Source of the DNA: Deltaproteobacteria bacterium
GTDB taxonomy: Bacteria; Desulfobacterota; Binatia; UBA12015
Reading direction: 5' to 3'
Assembly (NCBI GenBank): GCA_046583355.1
Contig: JAYGCM010000054.1
Coordinates: forward strand, 1-17,427
Length of the DNA stretch: 17,427 bases
This document shows, piece after piece, positions 1 through 9,564 of the stretch. Under the pieces are notes generated by a model. It saw only the letters and a program-made list of their open reading frames with translations, was not told where the DNA came from and made no database searches. Position 1 is the stretch's first letter. Every line of letters begins with the position of its first letter. The position numbers were made by a program, and so were the translations under genes.

Positions 1-459
1 GCCGCCGAGGATGCCGCCGAAGGTCGCGCCGCTGACGATGCGGCCGATGGCTCGCCGGGTTGTATGCGGGTCGAAACGTTCGTTGATCAATGACCAAAAA
101 GAGCTGATCACGAGAATGCCGAGCGAGGCCATATGCACGTAGAGCAGCACCGTAATGACGGCCGGGCTCTGTTGATGGAAGGCCCAGAAGGCGACAAAGA
201 CCAACGCGGAGAGTGCGAAGAGCAGGGGCGTTACGCGCCGCGGCCCGAGCCGCATAAGCGCGCGCGAGAGCAGCAACGCACCGAGGAAGGAGACGACGGC
301 GCCGGCGATCATCGCCTTGGGCAGGTCGGTGGCGGGGAAATTCGACAGGAAGAAGCCGTCGCGTAGGGCCTTGCCCGCAACCTGTTGGGCGATCATCGCG
401 GTGGATGCGACGGTCGCCACGGTGATCGAGCGGCGGGTTTCCTTCGGCAGATCGGTCAT
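1..459 (-). CDS. TLC/Npt (ATP/ADP carrier-like) MFS membrane protein, N-terminal part, runs off the window
   Basis: Not in the ORF track because it is open at the edge. Translated by hand from ATG 459: MTDLPKETRRSITVATVASTAMIAQQVAGKALRDGFFLSNFPATDLPKAMIAGAVVSFLGALLL...LYVHMASLGILVISSFWSLINERFDPHTTRRAIGRIVSGATFGGILGG. Several hydrophobic helices; the K-x-x-RD-x-x-FL and FW-x-x-x-NE-x-F...R...G...GG patterns resemble TLC-family transporters. Confidence 0.75.
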   Translation of the reverse strand, partial: MTDLPKETRRSITVATVASTAMIAQQVAGKALRDGFFLSNFPATDLPKAMIAGAVVSFLGALLLSRALMRLGPRRVTPLLFALSALVFVAFWAFHQQSPAVITVLLYVHMASLGILVISSFWSLINERFDPHTTRRAIGRIVSGATFGGILGG

Positions 460-508
460 CGCGGGCCTGTGGATTCTCGCATGCCGCGCAGCCTAGAGCG
501 AGGAGGCA

Positions 509-1483
509 TCACCTTCCCACTGCTTGGTGGGTCTCCAGGACGGCACCGAAAACCTGCCGGCTCCAAGCCACACGCTGGTCCGGCGTGCGAGTCGCCGTCT
601 CGGCCTCGACGCGCTCGCAGCGAGCGGCGAGACCGGCATCGTTGGCGATCTGGATATTCAGGCCGGGGCGCGCGTTGAGTTCCAGGAGCAGCGGGCCGAG
701 CTTGCGGTCCAGGACAATATCCACCCCGAGGTAGCCCAGGCCGGTCATTTCGTAGCAACGCGTAGCGAGTTGGAGGAAGACCTCCCAATCTGGAATCGCC
801 ACGCCGGCCAGCACGGATTCGGTATCCGGGTGGATGCGCGTCCGCTCGTTTCCCCAAACGCCATGCAGGGTGCGGCCCGTGCTGAGGTCGATTCCGGCAC
901 CGATGGCACCTTGGTGCAGGTTGCCCTTGCCGTCGGATTGCTGCGTCGGCAGGCGCACCATGGCCATCACGGGGTAGCCCCGCAGCACGATGATGCGCAC
1001 ATCGGGCACGCCGCCGAAGCTGATGGCCTCGAAGAGGCTATCGGGCTGGACACGGTGCTCCACCATGGCGACATCGTTCTGGCCGCCGAGGCTGTAGACA
1101 CCGCTGAGAATATTGGAAGCGTGGTAGGCGAGATCTTCAAAGCCGACCCAATTGCCCTTGGCGCGGCGGAAGCGGTCGCCGCGTCGCGCCATGGCGATGA
1201 GGATGCCGTCGCCGCCGGCACCGCGTGCGGGTTTCATGGCGAAATCCTGGAGATTCCCCAGGGTCTCGGCGATCTCGCGGACTTGATGCTCGTTTTCAAA
1301 AGTAGCGAAAAGCGGCGGAGTGGGGATGCCGTATTCGGCGGCAAGGCGTTTGGTACGGAGCTTGTCGTCGACCAATGGGTAGAGGTGACGCGGATTATAA
1401 CGCATCACGAAATCTCGATTTCGCTGATTGATGCCGAGGATGCCGCGCTCGCGCAGGCGCCGGGCTGTATTGCGCAGCATCAT
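509..1483 (-). CDS. Alpha-L-glutamate ligase-like ATP-grasp protein (RimK-related, TIGR02291/ATPgrasp_ST type)
   Basis: True start taken as ATG 1483, which overlaps the upstream TGA as ATGA. N-terminus GILGINQRN...YNPRHLYPLVDDKLRTK; ATP-grasp motifs KPARGAGGDGI, DVRIIV, GNLHQGA, GYLGVDIV and LELNARPGL. Confidence 0.92.
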   Translation of the reverse strand: MMLRNTARRLRERGILGINQRNRDFVMRYNPRHLYPLVDDKLRTKRLAAEYGIPTPPLFATFENEHQVREIAETLGNLQDFAMKPARGAGGDGILIAMARRGDRFRRAKGNWVGFEDLAYHASNILSGVYSLGGQNDVAMVEHRVQPDSLFEAISFGGVPDVRIIVLRGYPVMAMVRLPTQQSDGKGNLHQGAIGAGIDLSTGRTLHGVWGNERTRIHPDTESVLAGVAIPDWEVFLQLATRCYEMTGLGYLGVDIVLDRKLGPLLLELNARPGLNIQIANDAGLAARCERVEAETATRTPDQRVAWSRQVFGAVLETHQAVGR

Positions 1484-3006
1484 GGGCGGGTCTCGAGTGT
1501 GCGGAAGCGAAGTAGTTCGTTGATGCGGTAGCCGCGGTAGGAGCCGGCCATCAGCATGAAAGCCATGACGACCAGGAGCAATGCGGGGAAGGCGAAGAAG
1601 AGGTGCGTCAAGAGCACGTTGACCATCACGAGATAGACCAGCGCCGCCGTGAAGAGACTTCCGGCGGCGACGATGAGGGCCGGCCAGGCCCCGCGTTCTT
1701 CCCAGACGATCGACATTCGCTCGATGGTCATGGTGACGATGACCATCGGAAAGAGCGCAACCGAGAGGCCACTCTCGAGGTCGAGGCGGTGCCCCACGAC
1801 GCTGACTCCAGCCATGATCAGCACGACTACCGTCACGACGACGGCGAGTCTGGGCACGAGCAAAAGGTGCAATTGGTCGAGGTAGGCGCGTACGCCCATG
1901 CCGATGGCGAGGAGAAGAACGAAGAGGATGAGTCCGGCGGCGAGTTGGGTCTCGCGGAAGGAAAGCGCGATCAGGGCGGGCATGAAGGTGCCGAAGGTTT
2001 CGATGCCGACAAAGCTGCGCAGAATGACGATCAGGAATACGCCCACCGGAATCATCACGAGTACGCGGTAGAGTTCCTGGGTGCGCAGAGGCAGGCCGAA
2101 GAACGAAAGTTCGAAGCGGGGCGAGGCGGCCATCCGCCCTGTTTCGGTGGCGAGCACGAGCGAGTTGGCATCGCTGCCCGAGACCGTGAAGCTGACGCGT
2201 CCGGCCGTGCCACCTTCCAACTCGAGAAGGTTCGCGTCTCCTTCCCACCAGATCAGGAAGTCATCACGCGCGGTGCGGCGGGACTCCCGGACGTCAAAAT
2301 AGATCCAGCGATCGCCGTCATAGGCCGCCAGCAGCGTCTCGGGGAAGGGGTGCGTGCCCCGCCGCAGTGGGATGACGTGCACCTCGCGCGCGGGGATATT
2401 GGCCGAGTTGAGAATCAGCACCGCCGTGCTGGCGATTTTTTCTACGCTACGTTCTTTGCCGACCAGCAGGCGTACATTGCCGTCGGTGCCATCGTTCAGG
2501 CGTTTGAGGGCGGCGGTAGTGAAGGTGGCGATATTGGCGGAGCGCCCGCGGATCTCCTCGAGCAAGGCCGCTACGGCGACCTTTTCGGGACCGACCAGCC
2601 TGGGCGCGGGTACCGAAAGAGCCTCGTCGCCGCGTGGCTTCGCTTGGCTCTCGCGGTTGGTGACGACAAGTCTATAATAAAGTGTCTGGCGCCCTTGGGC
2701 GCGCCGGATTGACCAAACGCTCTGGCGATTCGGCCCGGCGTCTTCCACCGTCACGCCATAATTACGCGAGACGAAACTCTCGCTGAGGTCGATGCGCCCA
2801 CCGGCCAGATCCGGTGTGAGGAAGCGGGCGATGATCGGCCGCCCGGGTGTCGCCTCGAATTGGACACGGGCCTCGACCGTCCAGAGCGTCTCGGTCTGGT
2901 CCGGGGTGAGCGGCATGCCCCAGACCAGCACCTGGTAGAGTGTGATGCCGAGGCCGGCGCTGAAGAGGAAACCGACCAGCAGCAGGAAATGAAGTCGCCG
3001 GGTCAT
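1480..3006 (-). CDS. Inactive transglutaminase domain fused to a 7-transmembrane domain (Transglut_i_TM + 7TM_transglut type)
   Basis: N-terminal TM helix, then a soluble domain with transglutaminase remnants (IPAR, WIYFD) and no Cys anywhere in the protein. C-terminal multi-TM region with GIETFGTFMPALIAL, LVPRL, ALFPMVI..TIER.SI.WEE and YRGYR..EL.RF. Typical position between the peptidase and the ATP-grasp. Confidence 0.9.
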   Translation of the reverse strand: MTRRLHFLLLVGFLFSAGLGITLYQVLVWGMPLTPDQTETLWTVEARVQFEATPGRPIIARFLTPDLAGGRIDLSESFVSRNYGVTVEDAGPNRQSVWSIRRAQGRQTLYYRLVVTNRESQAKPRGDEALSVPAPRLVGPEKVAVAALLEEIRGRSANIATFTTAALKRLNDGTDGNVRLLVGKERSVEKIASTAVLILNSANIPAREVHVIPLRRGTHPFPETLLAAYDGDRWIYFDVRESRRTARDDFLIWWEGDANLLELEGGTAGRVSFTVSGSDANSLVLATETGRMAASPRFELSFFGLPLRTQELYRVLVMIPVGVFLIVILRSFVGIETFGTFMPALIALSFRETQLAAGLILFVLLLAIGMGVRAYLDQLHLLLVPRLAVVVTVVVLIMAGVSVVGHRLDLESGLSVALFPMVIVTMTIERMSIVWEERGAWPALIVAAGSLFTAALVYLVMVNVLLTHLFFAFPALLLVVMAFMLMAGSYRGYRINELLRFRTLETRP

Positions 3007-3578
3007 GAGGGCGGGGTGTCCTCCGAGGCGGCGAGCGGCGGCACGCAGATGGGCGCGATATCACTTCCGATGGAGGGGTCGACGACGGCATCGAAATCCA
3101 GGATGCCGGCACGGCCCAGAAGCAGCGGAAATTTGAAGCGCCGCCGGTCGGCGAGATTCAGGTCAATGACCTTCGCCTGGTCGTCCATGCAGACCCGCAT
3201 CCGGACGACCGAGCGCCGATCGATCGATGCCCCCCCCCTTGCTTCCGCCGCCCGATTCTTGATCCGCACCCGCCGGACGTAGGGGCGCTCAAGTAGCAGG
3301 TCGACGCCGGCTTTCTCGTCGACCACGCGGAAGCGAACCCATTTCTTTCCTTCGCGCTTGAAATGCTCGATGTCGATCGCGCTGATCGAGGAGGTCGAGG
3401 CGCCGGTATCGACGCGGGCCTCCAAGACGATATCCTCAGGTAATAAGCGGATTTTCTCGGTGCGGCCGATCACGAGTTTGGCTGGCATGGCGCGGCATTC
3501 CACGGCGGCGGACCCGCTGAGGAATAGGGCGGCGGCAAGCGCTGCCCGCCACGGCCTTTTTCTCGTTGATGCTGACAT
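3003..3578 (-). CDS. Secreted retropepsin-like aspartic peptidase (the family annotated 'putative ATP-dependent zinc protease', RimB/RloA-like)
   Basis: ATG 3578, then a signal-peptide-like segment (RKRPWRAALAAALFLSGSAAVECRA). Motifs IGRTE, ARVDTGASTSS (DTG at 3402-3410), NLADR and LLLGR. Stop overlaps the next ATG (ATGA). Start position is inferred. Confidence 0.85.
   Translation of the reverse strand: MSASTRKRPWRAALAAALFLSGSAAVECRAMPAKLVIGRTEKIRLLPEDIVLEARVDTGASTSSISAIDIEHFKREGKKWVRFRVVDEKAGVDLLLERPYVRRVRIKNRAAEARGGASIDRRSVVRMRVCMDDQAKVIDLNLADRRRFKFPLLLGRAGILDFDAVVDPSIGSDIAPICVPPLAASEDTPPS
3230..3238 (-). repeat. G9 homopolymer tract inside the peptidase CDS
   Basis: Nine consecutive C on the + strand, read as AGG GGG GGG G (Arg-Gly-Gly-Ala) on the coding strand. 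Confidence 0.85.
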
Positions 3579-3720
3579 GAACAAAACGGCCTGCGCCGCC
3601 CCTACCGGAGCCTTGAATTGGTCAAAACGAGCAGGAATTTCAAGTCTTCGCCACTCGTGGGGGTCGATTTTTCGTGTTTGTGCGGGCGAATTACCGGACA
3701 AAGTCGGCTCGGGGAGTTGA

Positions 3721-5757
<2,037 letters not shown>

Positions 5758-5832
5758 CCCTGCCTGTCGCGGCCTGGCGTGGGTGGCGCACGGCGTTTTG
5801 CCTGTGCCGGCTGCGAAAGCTATTGCCGGGGC

Positions 5833-6390
5833 ATGGCACTTCGCGAATCGCAGGCGATCCGGCTCGGCAGCCCGTGCCCCGATTTCCATCTCCCTTCCGT
5901 CCAGGGTGGTGCGCTCGGGCGCGATGATTTCAAGGATAAAAAAGTTCTGGTGGTGATGTTCATCTGCCGGCATTGCCCCTACGTAATCGCTGTCGAAGAG
6001 CGCATCGTCGCCTTGCGTCGTGCCTACGAAGACCAGAGCGTGCAATTCGTCGGCATCTGCGCCAATGACGCCGCCGATTACCCCGACGATGCTCCGGCAA
6101 AGCTCGCCGAACGGGCGCGCGAGATGGACTACGGTTTTCCCTATCTGGTTGACGAGAGCCAGTCGGTGGCGCGCGCCTTCGATGCCGTCTGCACGCCGGA
6201 CCTCTACGTCTACGATGCCGAACGTAAGCTGGCCTACCATGGCCGCATTGATGATTCGTGGCAGGAACCCGAAGACGCAACCACCCAGGAACTGGCCGAC
6301 GCACTCGACGCGCTGGTGGCCGGGACCTCGCCCTCCAGCGAGCAGATTCCGTCGATGGGCTGCTCGATCAAATGGAAAAAGGACGCTTGA
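5833..6390 (+). CDS. Thioredoxin-fold (AhpC/TSA, peroxiredoxin-like) protein
   Basis: ATG 5833. Motifs PDFHLP, FICRHCPYV (CxxC), FPYLVDESQSVARAFDAVCTPD, YHGRIDD and C-terminal SMGCSIKW. Confidence 0.9.
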   Translation: MALRESQAIRLGSPCPDFHLPSVQGGALGRDDFKDKKVLVVMFICRHCPYVIAVEERIVALRRAYEDQSVQFVGICANDAADYPDDAPAKLAERAREMDYGFPYLVDESQSVARAFDAVCTPDLYVYDAERKLAYHGRIDDSWQEPEDATTQELADALDALVAGTSPSSEQIPSMGCSIKWKKDA

Positions 6391-7574
6391 TGACCCATAC
6401 ATCTTTTCACCCGCCGGTCCGGACCCTCATGGGGCCGGGCCCCTCGGATGTCGATGCACGCGTACTCGCTGCCATGGCGCGTCCGACCATCGGCCACCTC
6501 GACCCGGCATTCATCAAGATGATGGACGAGCTGAAGGATCTCCTACGCGCGACTTTCCGCACAGCCAACGCGATGACCCTGCCGATCTCGGGCCCGGGTT
6601 CGGTCGGCATGGAGGCCTGTTTTGTCAACCTGGTGGAGCCGGGTGATAAGGTCGTCATCTGCCAAAATGGTGTCTTCGGCGGTCGCATGAAGGAGAATGT
6701 GGTGCGCTGCGGTGGCGAGGCCGTCATGGTGCAAGACGAGTGGGGCCGCGCCTGTGATCCGGCCAAACTCGAAGCGGCACTCGCGCAGCATCCCGATGCG
6801 AAGATTGTAGCTTTCGTCCACGCCGAGACCTCCACCGGAGCTCTTTCGGACGCCGCTGCGCTCGCCGCCATTGCGCGCAAGCACGATTGCCTGACGCTGA
6901 TGGATGCCGTGACCTCGCTGGGGGGAGTTCCGCTCGAGCTTGACGAATGGCAAATCGACGCGGTTTATTCCGGAACCCAGAAATGCCTCTCGGTTCCGCC
7001 GGGCCTCTCGCCTGTGAGCTTCTCCGAGCGTGCGATGGCCGTCGTGCGCGCCCGCAAGGCGCCAGTGCAGAGTTGGTTCGGCGACCTCTCCCTGCTGGAT
7101 GGATATTGGGCCGAAGGCGCCAAGCGCGCCTACCATCATACAGCGCCAGTCAATGCGCTTTACGGCCTGCACGAGGGCTTGGTGATGTTGCACGAAGAGG
7201 GCCTCGAGGCTGCCTGGGCTCGGCATCGCCGCAACCACCTGGCTCTGCGCGCGGGCCTTGCGGCCATGGGCCTGGCGCTCGTGGTGCCCGAAGCCGAGCG
7301 CCTGGCACCTCTCAACGCCGTGGCCATTCCCGAAGAGGTGGAGGACGCCGAGGTGCGCCGCCAACTCCTCGCGGATTACGGCCTTGAGATCGGTGCCGGC
7401 TTGGGCGCTCTGGCCGGCAAGGTCTGGCGCATCGGGCTGATGGGCCGCTCGTGTACCCCACGCCACGTCCGCACCTGCGTGAGCGCTCTCGACGACGTCC
7501 TGTCACGCCTCGGCGCTACACTCGAGAGCGGTGCAGGAATCGCAGCGGTTGAGCAAGCCCTGAGCGCCGACTGA
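6390..7574 (+). CDS. Alanine--glyoxylate / serine--pyruvate aminotransferase family (class V PLP enzyme)
   Basis: ATG overlaps the upstream stop (TGATG). Motifs LMGPGPS, HAETSTG, DAVTSLGG, PLP lysine in SGTQKCLSVPPGL, YHHTAP and WRIGLMG. Confidence 0.93.
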   Translation: MTHTSFHPPVRTLMGPGPSDVDARVLAAMARPTIGHLDPAFIKMMDELKDLLRATFRTANAMTLPISGPGSVGMEACFVNLVEPGDKVVICQNGVFGGRMKENVVRCGGEAVMVQDEWGRACDPAKLEAALAQHPDAKIVAFVHAETSTGALSDAAALAAIARKHDCLTLMDAVTSLGGVPLELDEWQIDAVYSGTQKCLSVPPGLSPVSFSERAMAVVRARKAPVQSWFGDLSLLDGYWAEGAKRAYHHTAPVNALYGLHEGLVMLHEEGLEAAWARHRRNHLALRAGLAAMGLALVVPEAERLAPLNAVAIPEEVEDAEVRRQLLADYGLEIGAGLGALAGKVWRIGLMGRSCTPRHVRTCVSALDDVLSRLGATLESGAGIAAVEQALSAD

Positions 7575-7618
7575 GCACCGGCTACGCGACCCGCGCCTTC
7601 GGCGGTCCCAGGGCAGGT

Positions 7619-8245
7619 CTAGAGAAGCCAGCGCAAGAGCCAATAGAACGGCGCGAGCGTCAGGGCCCAGGCTGCGTAGAGGGCGAGAAGAGCCACCGGA
7701 ACGAAGGCGCTGAAGGCGAGGTGGTCGGCAAGCGTCGGGACGATTTTCGTTTCCTCGAGGCGCAGATCACGGCGCAAGACGGCGAAAGGCATCGCGAGCG
7801 TCTCGTCGTCGAGGCCGCGGTGATAGAGATTGGCGGCGCGCCGGCCGCGCACGAAGGCCCGCCAAGTACGCTGCGGCGCGATCTGTAGCCCGATCGCCAG
7901 CGCCTGTAGATTGAGAATCCACGCGGCCACGTAGCGACCGCAGCCCGACGCGATTTCGAAGGCACCAATCTCGGCCTCGCCCGTCCAACTGGTGTCGTAG
8001 CCGGTTAGTGGGTGATGGATATCGTGCAAGCGCACGGCCGCGACCCGCGCCTTGGTATTTGGCAAGAAGATGGGCACTGGCCCGGCCTGGAGTCGAACCC
8101 ACCTGTCCTCGTAGCCGCCATCGCCGAGCTCGTTCGCCACGAAATAGGCGGCGCGCGCCTCGGCCACGGTCATTTCGTGCTGCTGGCGGCTGTCCCCGCG
8201 TGCCTCTTCGGCAAAGTGCTCTGCTTTGTGGACAACCGGCTTCAT
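7619..8245 (-). CDS. Hypothetical membrane-anchored protein with a Coq4-type HDxxH-x11-E metal-binding motif
   Basis: HDIHHPLTGYDTSWTGE at 7976-8026 and a C-terminal hydrophobic helix. Start is ATG 8245 or 8173. Confidence 0.7.
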   Translation of the reverse strand: MKPVVHKAEHFAEEARGDSRQQHEMTVAEARAAYFVANELGDGGYEDRWVRLQAGPVPIFLPNTKARVAAVRLHDIHHPLTGYDTSWTGEAEIGAFEIASGCGRYVAAWILNLQALAIGLQIAPQRTWRAFVRGRRAANLYHRGLDDETLAMPFAVLRRDLRLEETKIVPTLADHLAFSAFVPVALLALYAAWALTLAPFYWLLRWLL

Positions 8246-8625
8246 TGCCCGACTATGCCAGAGTTCCAGGCGTGCGCCTACCAGGCGGCCGTGCTCTTCG
8301 GCCGCGCCTGGAAGCGATGGGGGCCACGTCGAGAGGTCGGCGATCTGCTTTTCTCGCGCAGGTCCCCACGCCATGGAGCGTGCCGGACTGCCCGCCCAGT
8401 GCGCGACCGATCGAGTTCAAGGACTCACCGCATTGTCAGATGCGCCAAAGCTCCGCTTTTTACCCTTCCGAAAAACCCCGCCCCGCCATCCAACCCTTTT
8501 TATGCACTATCTGTTCGGTGATGCGCTGACCGGTTGACTCGACAACGGCTATTGCTCGGGCGCCGACTACGCCAGCAGTCGCAGTCGACGCTCTCGGTCC
8601 CAAGCCGTGCTTTTGGGCCGAAGAT

Positions 8626-9564
8626 TCAGAGTGCGTTGGCGACGAAGAGGATTGTGTCAATATAGGGTTCGGAACGGTTGTATTGCCATAGGGGCTTGCG
8701 CTTCTGCGCGGCGGAGAGGCCGGGCTTCCAGCCGTGGCCGCGCAGGAAATGGGCGACCGAGCGTATGGCATCGGAGGGTTCGTAGAGGCTGATGCGGCCG
8801 TTGGCATTGCCGTCCTGGGCGAAGCGCAGGTAGCTGGAGGGCAGGAATTGCGGCCAACCGAAGGCGCCCGCGCCTGAGCCTCGCAGCCCGACAGGGTTGA
8901 TGCCCACCTTGTCGGCGAGGCGGAAGGTGGCCCGCACCTCGGGGTAGAAGGTCTGGTGCAGGTAGAGGGCGCGCTCGCGGGCAAGGCGCTCGATCTCGCC
9001 GGGGGTGAAGCCTTCTTCGTCTTCTTTTTTATGGCGACGGATATTGTCGGCGATATTGGTGGGTTCGTTTGCCATCGCCAGGCGCGCCAACTGGCGCAGC
9101 ACGACGCGGTTGCCGGTATAGCTGCCGCAGCGGGTCTCGATGTAGAGGATCGCCGCCAGTACGTCGGGGTCGACGCCGTGTTCGCTGCCGAAGGTCTCGA
9201 AATCGTGCGCATAGCGTCGGCGGCAGGCCTTTGCTGCGCGCAGGCTGTGCCTTTTTCGGAAATCGCGATAGCTGCGCTTGGGGTCCCTTACGACCAGCGC
9301 GTAGTCGACTCCATCGAAGGCGCCGACGCGGCGGTCGCGAAAGGCGCGCTCGACATCGGATCGTGCGATGCCGTCGGCAATCAGCCGGTCGGTCAGGTGC
9401 TGCCAGCTGCGCATGCGCTTTTCGCCGTGGTGGGCGCCTGCCTCGCTCGCGCCGACGAGGACGCCGAGTGCGAGATGAAGGGCGAGAGCGACGATGCCGA
9501 TCCGCGGCGCGGCCCGGGCTCGGGCCGGGCGCGGCATGGCGCGATGCTCGGGCATCGTGCTCAT
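8626..9564 (-). CDS. mltB: Lytic murein transglycosylase, MltB/SLT_2 family
   Basis: Signal-peptide-like hydrophobic stretch; catalytic Glu in ILYIETRCG; GSGAGAFGWPQFLPSSY; EF-hand-like DGNANGRISL; DAIRSVAHFL; YNRS. ATG overlaps the gcdH stop; the start could be slightly later. Confidence 0.85.
   Translation of the reverse strand: MSTMPEHRAMPRPARARAAPRIGIVALALHLALGVLVGASEAGAHHGEKRMRSWQHLTDRLIADGIARSDVERAFRDRRVGAFDGVDYALVVRDPKRSYRDFRKRHSLRAAKACRRRYAHDFETFGSEHGVDPDVLAAILYIETRCGSYTGNRVVLRQLARLAMANEPTNIADNIRRHKKEDEEGFTPGEIERLARERALYLHQTFYPEVRATFRLADKVGINPVGLRGSGAGAFGWPQFLPSSYLRFAQDGNANGRISLYEPSDAIRSVAHFLRGHGWKPGLSAAQKRKPLWQYNRSEPYIDTILFVANAL

Noticed and set aside
1484..2248. N-terminal extension of the ATP-grasp ORF (579 aa in the track)
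   Set aside because: Arg-rich off-frame reading of the 7TM gene. Family similarity begins at ATG 1483, so it is not a fusion.
8246..8260. TGGCATAGTCGGGCA upstream of the Coq4-like gene as a sigma54 promoter
   Set aside because: Spacing is GG-N9-GC, not the required N10.
8414..8427. GAGTTCAAGGACTC, resembling a tRNA T-arm
   Set aside because: Loop and stem sizes are wrong and no acceptor, D or anticodon arms can be built around it.
8255..8521. Possible short + strand ORF in the large intergenic gap
   Set aside because: No RBS, atypical codon usage and no protein-like composition or motifs.
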